The notes under the pieces are model-generated. The model was given only the letters and a program-made list of their open reading frames with translations. It did not search any database and was not told where the DNA came from. 32,000 nucleotides of DNA, taken from sequence record CM099551.1; one strand, written 5' to 3'. Positions 9,704 to 18,050 of this stretch are shown piece by piece; the first letter of the stretch is position 1; each line of letters opens with the position of its first letter. Position numbers and translations under genes: made by a program.

Positions 9704-9786
9704 AGGAAGATAGCTAAGCGGTCAAAAGCGGCAGACTGTAAATCTGTTGTATATATACTTCATAGGTTCGAATCCTATTCTTCCCA
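9704..9786 (+). tRNA. trnY(gua): tRNA-Tyr (anticodon GUA), long variable arm
   Basis: 83 nt: aggaaga ta gct-aagcggtcaaa-agc g gcaga-ctgtaaa-tctgt, 14-nt variable arm, atagg-ttcgaat-cctat tcttccc a. Collinear with bacterial tRNA-Tyr. A1:C72 mismatch. Confidence 0.9.
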
Positions 9787-9813
9787 CAGAAATTAAGTAG
9801 TTATTATTTTTAT

Positions 9814-9884
9814 AGCAAGGTCGACTAACGGTAGGTCCTTAGACTCATGATCTAATGATGTAGGTTCAACTCCTGCCCTTGCTA
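9814..9884 (+). tRNA. trnM(cau): tRNA with CAU anticodon (Met, fMet or lysidine-Ile; not distinguishable here)
   Basis: 71 nt: agcaagg tc gact-aacggta-ggtc c ttaga-ctcatga-tctaa tgat gtagg-ttcaact-cctgc ccttgct a. Acceptor stem is perfect. G at position 37 is unusual. Confidence 0.85.
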
Positions 9885-9911
9885 TAGAAATAAGACCAAC
9901 GCTTATTTCTA
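9885..9911 (+). other. 10-bp perfect hairpin immediately 3' of the tRNA
   Basis: tagaaataag (9885-9894) / loop accaacg / cttatttcta (9902-9911), read directly from the sequence. Confidence 0.6.
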
Positions 9912-9958
9912 GATATATAATTTTCATTAATTCGTTGGATTGTATAATTTTATTTGGC

Positions 9959-10033
9959 TGGCAAATGGCTGAGAGGTCTAAAGCGCACGATTGGAGATCG
10001 TGTTTATCGTAGGTTCAAATCCTGCTTTGCCCA
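9959..10033 (+). tRNA. trnS(gga): tRNA-Ser (anticodon GGA), short variable region
   Basis: 75 nt: tggcaaa tg gct-gagaggtctaa-agc g cacga-ttggaga-tcgtg tttatc gtagg-ttcaaat-cctgc tttgccc a. T1:C72 mismatch. D and T arms are nearly identical to trnS(uga) at 17966. Confidence 0.75.
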
Positions 10034-10079
10034 CAAAAAGCATTCTTCTTTTAGTATATAAAATATTGATGATTCAATT

Positions 10080-10838
10080 ATGATTTTTAGTCCATTTGAA
10101 CAATTTGAATTACGTAATTATAATATAACTAATTATTTTGGTGATTATACTATTACAGATACAATAATAATTGGTTTGAATTTAATTATTTTTTTACAAT
10201 TAGTTTATTTTACTTTAAATTTTAAAGTAAATTATTTTTATTTTAGTTCTTTTTTTTCTAGTTTATTTCAATCTATTTATTTATTTGTATATAATACAAT
10301 AGATACTTATTTACTAGAGAAAACAAGAATGTTTTTTCCTTTTTTTTTTTATTTATTTCTTTTTATTTGTTTAAGTAATTTAATCGGTATTATACCTTTT
10401 AGTTTTACAATAACTAGTCATTTAAATATTACTTTCTCTTTATCTTTTATGATTTGGTGGGGTATTGTTTTATTAGGTTTTTATGAACAAGGATTACCTT
10501 TTTTTAGTTTATTTTATGCTAATGGTATTCCTTTTAAATTAGTACCTTTTTTAGCATTGATTGAATTTATTAGTTTTGTTTTTAGATCTGTAAGTTTAGC
10601 ACTACGACTATTTGCAAATATAGTAGCAGGACATATTTTATTAGATACGGTAGCAATATTTTTATATAAATTAGTAAATCCTTTTTTATTTTCAATTAAA
10701 TTTTCTTTAATAAGTATTTTACCATTATTATTATGTATTGTTTTAATTTTATTTGAATTAGTAGTAGCAGTCCTACAAGGATATATCTTTATAATCTTAT
10801 CCGCAATTTATCTAAAAGACGTATATAGTAGCCATTAA
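10080..10838 (+). CDS. atp6: ATP synthase F0 subunit a
   Basis: 252-aa ORF with SLALRLFANIVAGHILL (essential Arg motif of subunit a) and the C-terminal LQGYIFIILSAIYL helix. Confidence 0.95.
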   Translation: MIFSPFEQFELRNYNITNYFGDYTITDTIIIGLNLIIFLQLVYFTLNFKVNYFYFSSFFSSLFQSIYLFVYNTIDTYLLEKTRMFFPFFFYLFLFICLSNLIGIIPFSFTITSHLNITFSLSFMIWWGIVLLGFYEQGLPFFSLFYANGIPFKLVPFLALIEFISFVFRSVSLALRLFANIVAGHILLDTVAIFLYKLVNPFLFSIKFSLISILPLLLCIVLILFELVVAVLQGYIFIILSAIYLKDVYSSH

Positions 10839-10846
10839 AAAAATAT

Positions 10847-11209
10847 ATGTACTTCTTAACTGTTTATTACGAACTATTCTTTTACGGTTTTATAATATTA
10901 ATTATAAGTAGTATAATTTTATTACTTTGTTATGTGATTGTTATAAAAAATCCATACACAGAAAAAAATTTTGGTTATGAATGTGGATTTGATCCATTTT
11001 CTGATGCAAGAAATCCATTTCATGTTAAATTTTATTTAATTTCTATAATATTTATAATATTTGATATAGAAGTTGCTTTTTTTTTTCCATGGTCTATTAG
11101 TTTAAGAGAGTTAATGTTTGTTGGCTATTTAACCATGTATATATTTATTTTTATTCTATTGATTGGATTTATCTACGAATGGAAAAAAGGAGCATTAGAT
11201 TGGAATTAA
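10847..11209 (+). CDS. nad3: NADH dehydrogenase subunit 3
   Basis: 120-aa ORF with YECGFDPFSDARNPFHVKFYLISIIFIIFDIEVAFFFPW, the canonical ND3/NuoA motif. Confidence 0.95.
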   Translation: MYFLTVYYELFFYGFIILIISSIILLLCYVIVIKNPYTEKNFGYECGFDPFSDARNPFHVKFYLISIIFIIFDIEVAFFFPWSISLRELMFVGYLTMYIFIFILLIGFIYEWKKGALDWN

Positions 11210-11218
11210 TGTAATTAA

Positions 11219-12211
11219 ATGAGTAACACACTAACAACAAAAAAAATGGATTCTCTTTTAAAAATTTGGTCAGATACAAATAGTATACATGAGAATGATT
11301 ATGCAAGTGGTGTTAGGGGAGAATATTTAAGTAATTTAGCATTTTTACATTATGATGCACCAGAAGCTCCTTATAAATTAACAGCTTATTTTGGTTTTGG
11401 TGTACCGGCAAATGATAAAATGCTTTCTATTATATTATTATATGTTGAAACAATGAGTATTCTTTCTGGGATTGCATTAATAATCATTTGTTTAACAACT
11501 GATATTTTAGAAACATTTAGTGCTACAAAAAACGAAATACCTATTCATTTTACTAAAAAAGCAGAAGCTTTTTTAGATACAATTTTTGCATTAATTCCAA
11601 CAGTAATAATTAGTTATTTATTAATACCTGCATTAGGTTTTATTTTTCAGTTAGAATATGATGAAAATTTTTTAGAAACATTATTTAATGTTTATATTAT
11701 AGGACACCAATGGTATTGGACTTATGAAATCGATACAAAACTAGGAACAGATATTTTAGTAGATTTATTTGATGCTAATTTTAATTTTCCAGTATTACAA
11801 TATGATTCATATATGTTAAGAGAAGAAATAGGAGCAGTTAATAGATTATTAAATGTCGATAAAAGCTTAGTATTACCAAGTAAATATAATATTTGTTTTT
11901 ATATAACATCTCATGATGTAATTCATTCATGGGCAGTTCCTCAATTTGGAATAAAAACAGATGCATTACCAGGTAGATTAATGCGTTTTATTTTATATCC
12001 TTCTTATGAAGGAGTTTATTATGGACAATGTTCTGAATTATGTGGTGTAAATCATGCATTTATGCCAATTTGTGTACAAGTAGTAAAAAGTAGTATCTTT
12101 ATGGATTGGTTATTACTTTCTTTAGATTGTAATTTAAGTGCTGATATTCTAAGAGATACTAGAATGACTAATAATTTATTTAGTCATTACTTGTCATATA
12201 AAAATATTTAA
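11219..12211 (+). CDS. cox2: cytochrome c oxidase subunit 2 (the start may be the second ATG at 11246)
   Basis: HQWYWTYE and the CuA site SHDVIHSWAVPQFGIKTDALPGRLMRF...GQCSELCGVNHAFMPI. At 330 aa it is longer than typical COX2, owing to an N-terminal extension and internal insertions. Confidence 0.95.
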   Translation: MSNTLTTKKMDSLLKIWSDTNSIHENDYASGVRGEYLSNLAFLHYDAPEAPYKLTAYFGFGVPANDKMLSIILLYVETMSILSGIALIIICLTTDILETFSATKNEIPIHFTKKAEAFLDTIFALIPTVIISYLLIPALGFIFQLEYDENFLETLFNVYIIGHQWYWTYEIDTKLGTDILVDLFDANFNFPVLQYDSYMLREEIGAVNRLLNVDKSLVLPSKYNICFYITSHDVIHSWAVPQFGIKTDALPGRLMRFILYPSYEGVYYGQCSELCGVNHAFMPICVQVVKSSIFMDWLLLSLDCNLSADILRDTRMTNNLFSHYLSYKNI

Positions 12212-12282
12212 ATATTTTTATACATAATTCAATTTTCAAGTTATTAATATAAATAAGAGAGATACACACACAAAAATACTAA

Positions 12283-14037
12283 ATGTTTTCATACACAAAA
12301 ATGTCCCAATCAGCGTCTGATTTTTGGCATGGTTTTATATATTATTATTGGTCATTCTATGATCTTGTAGTAGACAAACCGTGGAATTTTGTCTACTTTT
12401 ATTGGTCTGGTGTTTATTATAAATACATAATACCGTATTTATTTAATCAACCAGTCTTATTAGGTTATGACCAACGTCGTCTTTTCCATAAATATTATGT
12501 ACCAGATTTATGGTGGGCTCCACACGTAACAGCAAACGACGATTTTAATTTTTTAGTTAATTATGGTAAAAAAAATAGAAGAACACGATTAGAAATAGAA
12601 GTTTTTGGCTATCATCAATTGGTATTTCCAATGACTAGATCTGACAGAAGACAAAGAATTTTTACATTAAGAAAATTAAGTTATCCACAATTAGTACATA
12701 ATCATCCGAGAACCCAAAGACGATTTGTTAGAAAATTTGTAGGAAATTGGAGAAAATTACAAAAAGAAGAACGTAGAAAACAAGTAGCACTAGATCCAAA
12801 TGATAATACTATAGTAGCTTATAAAAAAACATTTAAGTTTTTAAATTTTGAATTATTAAGATATAATATTCAAATGGAGATTAAACTATTTAATTTATTC
12901 ACTATTGATCTAATAGAACTTTGCTGTCTTTTTATAGTATCGTTAATTTGTTTATTAGTGTTAGCTATAAAATATTATAAATCAAAAGGATATAATTTAG
13001 TAATTAATGCAGCTAAACAAATTGAACGTAGAGAGATAGAAGAAGAAGAAACACCAGGCGTTTTTTTAGATTATGATCATTTTTTATCTAAAAAAGAAGC
13101 AGGTTTTAAATATGATGAGAAATATGGTAATTATAAAGGAAGAGATATGAAAAAATTAAGTTTCTTAGAATATTATATGAGAAATAGTAGAGAAGTTTTT
13201 GTTGGTAATAAATTTCATTATGGTTTAACACTACGTACATTAAGTATTGAAGTAGCACAAGTAGGTATGTATTTATTTGTTATAGGTACGTTAGGCTTAA
13301 TATTTAATTATTTTTTTGGACTATATATGTATTATGTACATAATTTTTATTTACTCAATGAATATTTTTTTACATATATTTTTTTTTATGTATTTAGTAT
13401 ATCTTCTTATATATTTTGGAAGTTACATTTACGATATGAATGGTTAGGGTTTAGAAGAGGAGAAGAATATGATTATACTACTTATAGAATGTTTTCGCAT
13501 ATGTGTAGAGTTTTAGGTCTTTTAAATTTTGTAAAATTAGTAAATGATGTAGATATTCATGTATATGTAATTTTATATCTTTCTGCTATTGCTTATATGT
13601 ATTTTGGATGTGATTCTTGTGATTGGTTTCAGGGATGGAATCAACCATATAGTTTAGATGTAAGATGGTGGATAAAAAATGGTACAAATCCATATGAAGC
13701 ACGTAGAGGTATTTGGTTTAGAGATGAATACAATAGAACGTGGGAACAATTTATTTATGTAATTTGTATGCCGGTTCATTATTTTATAGTAAGATGGGCA
13801 ATACTTTTTTTTACACCAATATATTTATTTTTTTATTTACCAATTCTTTACGGAGTGAATGAAAAATATATACGTATTAGGAATTACTTATTATTCTGGA
13901 AGCCTCCTAAATACACAATAAAAGAACTAGATATGATTTGGAGAAGAGATTTCTATCTGAACTGTATATATGTACAACGTAATAAACCAGCTAGAAGTAC
14001 ATGGGATTGGAAAGGTCCAAAAATTACATTTGCTTAA
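12283..14037 (+). CDS. unassigned ORF, 584 aa, predicted membrane protein
   Basis: Long uninterrupted ORF. It is rich in W/R/G/D/Y rather than the N/K/I/F bias seen in drift-expanded ORFs, and has several hydrophobic segments (e.g. LIELCCLFIVSLICLLVLAI, VGMYLFVIGTLGLIFNYFF). I recognise no family motif. Confidence 0.5.
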   Translation: MFSYTKMSQSASDFWHGFIYYYWSFYDLVVDKPWNFVYFYWSGVYYKYIIPYLFNQPVLLGYDQRRLFHKYYVPDLWWAPHVTANDDFNFLVNYGKKNRRTRLEIEVFGYHQLVFPMTRSDRRQRIFTLRKLSYPQLVHNHPRTQRRFVRKFVGNWRKLQKEERRKQVALDPNDNTIVAYKKTFKFLNFELLRYNIQMEIKLFNLFTIDLIELCCLFIVSLICLLVLAIKYYKSKGYNLVINAAKQIERREIEEEETPGVFLDYDHFLSKKEAGFKYDEKYGNYKGRDMKKLSFLEYYMRNSREVFVGNKFHYGLTLRTLSIEVAQVGMYLFVIGTLGLIFNYFFGLYMYYVHNFYLLNEYFFTYIFFYVFSISSYIFWKLHLRYEWLGFRRGEEYDYTTYRMFSHMCRVLGLLNFVKLVNDVDIHVYVILYLSAIAYMYFGCDSCDWFQGWNQPYSLDVRWWIKNGTNPYEARRGIWFRDEYNRTWEQFIYVICMPVHYFIVRWAILFFTPIYLFFYLPILYGVNEKYIRIRNYLLFWKPPKYTIKELDMIWRRDFYLNCIYVQRNKPARSTWDWKGPKITFA

Positions 14038-14055
14038 CATTTAATAGTTTAAATT

Positions 14056-14129
14056 CGAAGGTTAGCCAAGTGGACTAAGGCGAAGTTCTGCTAAAACTTT
14101 ATTCATGGGTTCAAATCCCATACCTTCCA
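14056..14129 (+). tRNA. trnS(gcu): tRNA-Ser (anticodon GCU), short variable region
   Basis: 74 nt: cgaaggt ta gcc-aagtggactaa-ggc g aagtt-ctgctaa-aactt tattc atggg-ttcaaat-cccat accttcc a. C1:C72 mismatch. Confidence 0.8.
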
Positions 14130-14173
14130 TTTCATTTTAAAAAATTAGTATATATAAATAAGTAATAAAATTA

Positions 14174-15361
14174 ATGTATTTAGATAAAAAAAAACATTTA
14201 AATAATTTTATTTTAAACTTTGGTCCTCAACATCCAGCAGCGCATGGAGTGTTGCGTTTAATTTTAGAGTTAGATGGTGAAATAATAAAAAATGCAGATC
14301 CACATATTGGATTATTACATAGAGGTACTGAGAAATTATTAGAATATAAAACTTATCTTCAAGGTTTACCTTATTTTGATAGATTAGATTATTGTTCAAT
14401 GATGTGTCAAGAGCATACATATTGTTTAGCTATTGAAAATTTATTAAAATGTGAAGTACCATTAAGAGCTCAATATATAAGAGTTTTATTTGCTGAGTTG
14501 ACAAGATTATTAAATCATTTATTATCGTTAACTACACATGCATTGGATGTAGGGGCACTAACACCGTTTTTATGGGGTTTTGAAGAAAGAGAAAAATTAA
14601 TGGAATTTTATGAACGTGTTTCTGGAGCACGTATGCACGCAAATTATTTTCGACCAGGAGGAGTATCATATGATTTACCTAAAGGTTTACTTGATGATAT
14701 TTATGATTTTATAGATGGTTTTGGTTCTAGAATAGATGAAATGGAAGAAATGTTAACTACAAATAGAATTTGGAAACAACGTTTAGTGGGTATTGGTACA
14801 GTAAATAGTAGAGATGCTTATGATTTAGGTTTTACAGGAGTAATGTTACGTGGTTCTGGTATAGCATGGGATTTACGTAAAATGGAACCATATGAAATCT
14901 ATAAACATTTAGATTTTAATATTCCTGTAGGGATTTATGGTGATTGTTATGATAGATATTTAGTTCGCGTAGCAGAGATGAGACAAAGTCTTTCTATTAT
15001 TTTTCAATGTTTAAATCAATTACCAAATGGATTAGTACGTACTGATAATTATAAAATATCTCCTCCATTTAGAAAACAAATGAAAACTTCAATGGAATCA
15101 TTAATTCATCATTTTAAGTTTTATAGTGAAGGTATTTATGTACCCCAAGGTATAACATATGGAGTAGTAGAAGCACCAAAAGGTGAAACAGGAGCATTAT
15201 TAGTATCTAATGGTACAAATATGCCATATCGTTGTAAAATACGTTCTCCTGGTTTTGCACATTTACAAGGTATTAACCACGTTACATCAGGACATATGAT
15301 TGCAGATTTAGTAACAGTAATAGGAACTTTAGATATAGTATTTGGTGAAGTAGATAGATAA
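14174..15361 (+). CDS. nad7: NADH dehydrogenase subunit 7 (49-kDa / NuoD)
   Basis: 395-aa ORF: [15 protein letters not shown]...[12 protein letters not shown]...RSPGFAHL...DIVFGEVDR*. Canonical NuoD from N- to C-terminus. Confidence 0.97.
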   Translation: MYLDKKKHLNNFILNFGPQHPAAHGVLRLILELDGEIIKNADPHIGLLHRGTEKLLEYKTYLQGLPYFDRLDYCSMMCQEHTYCLAIENLLKCEVPLRAQYIRVLFAELTRLLNHLLSLTTHALDVGALTPFLWGFEEREKLMEFYERVSGARMHANYFRPGGVSYDLPKGLLDDIYDFIDGFGSRIDEMEEMLTTNRIWKQRLVGIGTVNSRDAYDLGFTGVMLRGSGIAWDLRKMEPYEIYKHLDFNIPVGIYGDCYDRYLVRVAEMRQSLSIIFQCLNQLPNGLVRTDNYKISPPFRKQMKTSMESLIHHFKFYSEGIYVPQGITYGVVEAPKGETGALLVSNGTNMPYRCKIRSPGFAHLQGINHVTSGHMIADLVTVIGTLDIVFGEVDR

Positions 15362-15467
15362 TAAAAAGAATAGACTATTACTATTAAGAGTTCGTAACTT
15401 TTGATTAATATTTAAATATTATTTTATTTAAGAATAGTATAATAATATGTAAAGTGTATTATTTATA

Positions 15468-15540
15468 GCGCTAGTAGCTTAGTTGGTAAAGCGTTCGTTT
15501 GATAAGCGAAAGATCAATGGTTCAAGTCCATTCTGGCGCA
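15468..15540 (+). tRNA. trnI(gau): tRNA-Ile (anticodon GAU)
   Basis: 73 nt: gcgctag ta gctt-agttggta-aagc g ttcgt-ttgataa-gcgaa agatc aatgg-ttcaagt-ccatt ctggcgc a. Acceptor fully paired, with one G.U. Confidence 0.9.
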
Positions 15541-15541
15541 T

Positions 15542-16921
15542 TTATTTTATATATATTATAAATAACAAAATAAAAATAAAAAAATAAATTGTTTTATATA
15601 TTTTTATATAAAATGATTCTATTACGATGTAGAAATTGTTAATTATAGTATGGTAAAGAAATAATTCGATTTGTTCTAGTATGTTATATATATTATAATG
15701 TTTCTGTATAAAAAAATAAAAAATATCATTTTTTATTTTATATAAGTAAGTAATTTCATGTGTTATAAATTCATAAGAAGAAATAAAATATTTAATATTA
15801 TAGTTTTCATATAGGTAGATATAATTTTGTATCTCATTAAACGTATTACTAATTAACAATAAAAAATATAATAAAGTAAAATAAATTAAATGTTTATATA
15901 AAAAAAAATTATATTTTTTTATAATTAAAAAATACATAAAAATATATATAGTAATATATATTTTTATTATTGTAATTAAGTAAAAAAAATAAAATAAAAA
16001 AAAATGAAAGTAATAGAAACATAATAATATAAAAAAACTATAAAATAAAAAATAAAAACAGAAAGAGAATATGTAAATATTTATAAAAGAATAAATATAT
16101 AAATAGAAATATAAAAATAATAAAAAAATAAGAAAATAATAATAAATAATATTATTATTTATTATTATTTTCTTATATAAAAAATAAAAAAGTAATAATA
16201 AATATATTGAAATATAGAAAAATAAAAAATATAATTGTAATTGTATTGATATTAATTTAAAAATATGAATACTTTGAATACTATTAAACTTTAAAAAATA
16301 AAATAAAGTATAATCAATATATAAAAAAAAAGAAGTAAAAAAAAAAAGATATTTCTTTTTTATATGTAATTGAATTAATAATAATAACCAATAAATAAAA
16401 GATATGTTTTCTATAGGATCCCAAGACCACCAACCTCCCCACCCAAAAAGAGAGGATGCCCAATAACTACCAAGAATAATAGTAAATGAAAAAAATAAAA
16501 AAATAAATAATAAATTTTGTGTTTTTTGTAAATATATAATTTTAAATAAAAGAAAAATAATTAATATTAATGGAGGGTGTAAAATTACTAAAAAATGTTG
16601 TAGTAAAGGATTAAATAAATTATTATTTAATAAGTAAATATTTGAATTAACAATAAAATTAAATAATTGTATACAAATAAATACTAATAGGTAAAATATA
16701 TTAATATATATTAAATATGTAATTTTATTATTTTTTATAATATAAAAACAATAAAAACAGAATATTAAACAGATTATATAATTATCTATGATACTCCACA
16801 AGTGACTAAATTGATATAATAAAGTAGATAAAAAAGAAGAATTAAAATTATAGAAAATTTCATAAGTATCGTAAATATAAATAAAAATAAATAAAAAAAA
16901 TATATATAAATAAAAATACAT
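15542..16921 (-). CDS. ccmF: cytochrome c maturation protein CcmF (heme lyase component)
   Basis: 459-aa polytopic ORF with the intact WWD motif WASSLFGWGGWWSWDPIENISFIYWL and the upstream LHPPLIL (HPP.LY motif). Confidence 0.85.
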   Translation of the reverse strand: MYFYLYIFFLFIFIYIYDTYEIFYNFNSSFLSTLLYQFSHLWSIIDNYIICLIFCFYCFYIIKNNKITYLIYINIFYLLVFICIQLFNFIVNSNIYLLNNNLFNPLLQHFLVILHPPLILIIFLLFKIIYLQKTQNLLFIFLFFSFTIILGSYWASSLFGWGGWWSWDPIENISFIYWLLLLIQLHIKKKYLFFFTSFFLYIDYTLFYFLKFNSIQSIHIFKLISIQLQLYFLFFYISIYLLLLFYFLYKKIIINNNIIYYYFLIFLLFLYFYLYIYSFINIYIFSFCFYFLFYSFFILLCFYYFHFFLFYFFYLITIIKIYITIYIFMYFLIIKKYNFFLYKHLIYFTLLYFLLLISNTFNEIQNYIYLYENYNIKYFISSYEFITHEITYLYKIKNDIFYFFIQKHYNIYNILEQIELFLYHTIINNFYIVIESFYIKIYKTIYFFIFILLFIIYIK

Positions 16922-16957
16922 ATAAATATAATATAAAACAATTAAAGAAAAAAAAAT

Positions 16958-17029
16958 AAAAAAGAATAGGATTCGAACCTATATTTAACGGATTTAAAGT
17001 CCGGTGCTTTACCATTTAGCTATCTTTTT
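16958..17029 (-). tRNA. tRNA with anticodon UUA; body resembles bacterial tRNA-Gln
   Basis: 72 nt (read on the - strand): aaaaaga ta gct-aaatggtaa-agc a ccgga-ctttaaa-tccgt taaat atagg-ttcgaat-cctat tcttttt t. Acceptor is perfect. Loop is C32 U33 U34 U35 A36 A37 A38. The D arm and anticodon stem are collinear with E. coli tRNA-Gln (GCC-AAGCGGUAA-GGC A CCGGU...). Confidence 0.7.
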
Positions 17030-17099
17030 ATACAGATAAAATAATTAATATATAATTTCTAATTATAGATTTTACAATCTTAAAATTGAATTGTTAGAT

Positions 17100-17885
17100 T
17101 TACCTTTTTGGTATAGAAAGTAAATTTTTTTTATTAGTAATCTTTATTTCATTGAAAATATATATTAAAAAACTAACATAATAATAATATATTATTACTA
17201 TATTTATATAAAGCAATAATATAAATAGATCATTAGGTAACATGAAAATAAATATTATAAATAAAATACTATAATTTATTTTATATTTTTTTATTAGAAA
17301 GAATAATAAAATAATACTTATATTGATATATAATAATTTAAAGTATAAATTAAAATATGTAATAACTTGAAATTCAATATCAAATTCTTGATATGAAAAT
17401 TCATAATAATGACTATATATAAAAGATAAAAAAAAAGGAAAAATATAATAATGATGAATAATAAAATTAAATAACAATGAAAAAAAAATATATATAGTAA
17501 TATAATTATACATGTTTTTTTCTTTTTTTTTTAATAAAGGAGAAAACCATAAAATAAAAAAATAAAATATAATTGGTATTAAGATATATATTGTAAATAA
17601 AAGTAAATATTTTATATATATATATGAAGTCGTAAAAAAAGGTAAATTTATTTCTATAATAGGTAAATAAATATATTCATTATTTGAGTAGATACTAAAT
17701 TCATTATTAATCTCATCTATAAAGAAAAAAGAATCAATGTTTTTTATTTTATTTAAAGGAGAAAGTAAAAAAAGTAAAAACCATTTTATTTTTATAAGTA
17801 AAATAAAAAAAAAAAACAAAAAGAAAAAGAAGATGTATACTAAGCGCAGATAAAATTCCTTCGCAAAAAATGAAATAATTTGCAT
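17100..17885 (-). CDS. tatC: twin-arginine translocase subunit TatC (mttB/ymf16)
   Basis: 261-aa six-helix-type ORF. FAKEFYLRLVY ~ hLiELRkRLl; LSPL ~ saPL; LPFFTTSYIYIKYLLLFTIYILIPIIFYFFILWFSPLLKKKEK ~ sPFftpiKl.....l..aP.i.yQ.w.FiaPaLy..Er; MLPNDLF ~ lTPpDvf. Confidence 0.7.
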   Translation of the reverse strand: MQIISFFAKEFYLRLVYIFFFFLFFFFILLIKIKWFLLFLLSPLNKIKNIDSFFFIDEINNEFSIYSNNEYIYLPIIEINLPFFTTSYIYIKYLLLFTIYILIPIIFYFFILWFSPLLKKKEKNMYNYITIYIFFSLLFNFIIHHYYIFPFFLSFIYSHYYEFSYQEFDIEFQVITYFNLYFKLLYINISIILLFFLIKKYKINYSILFIIFIFMLPNDLFILLLYINIVIIYYYYVSFLIYIFNEIKITNKKNLLSIPKR

Positions 17886-17944
17886 ATTTTTTATATGATC
17901 ATGAAGTCGTTATTATATTATTATATAGAGAAAAGACGATTATA

Positions 17945-17964
17945 TATAGACAAAATAGTCTATA
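17945..17964 (+). other. 7-bp hairpin immediately 5' of trnS(uga), within the divergent intergenic region
   Basis: tatagac (17945-17951) / aaaata / gtctata (17958-17964). Confidence 0.4.
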
Positions 17965-17965
17965 A

Positions 17966-18040
17966 GCCTAGGTGGCTGAGAGGTCTAAAGCGCCAAATTT
18001 GAAATTTGGTTTATCGTGGGTTCAAATCCTGCCCTAGCCT
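17966..18040 (+). tRNA. trnS(uga): tRNA-Ser (anticodon UGA), short variable region
   Basis: 75 nt: gcctagg tg gct-gagaggtctaa-agc g ccaaa-tttgaaa-tttgg tttatc gtggg-ttcaaat-cctgc cctagcc t. C2:C71 mismatch. Confidence 0.8.
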
Positions 18041-18050
18041 AATAAATAAA

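Noticed and set aside
12283-14037. orf584 (and orf525) as plasmid-derived DNA/RNA polymerase or another mobile-element gene
   Set aside because: There are no polymerase (e.g. YxDTDS-type) or integrase/endonuclease motifs and no terminal inverted repeats. Both look like membrane proteins and carry the same leader as nad1.
14208-14420. 70-aa minus-strand ORF
   Set aside because: It is antisense to the conserved N-terminus of nad7, with no independent support.
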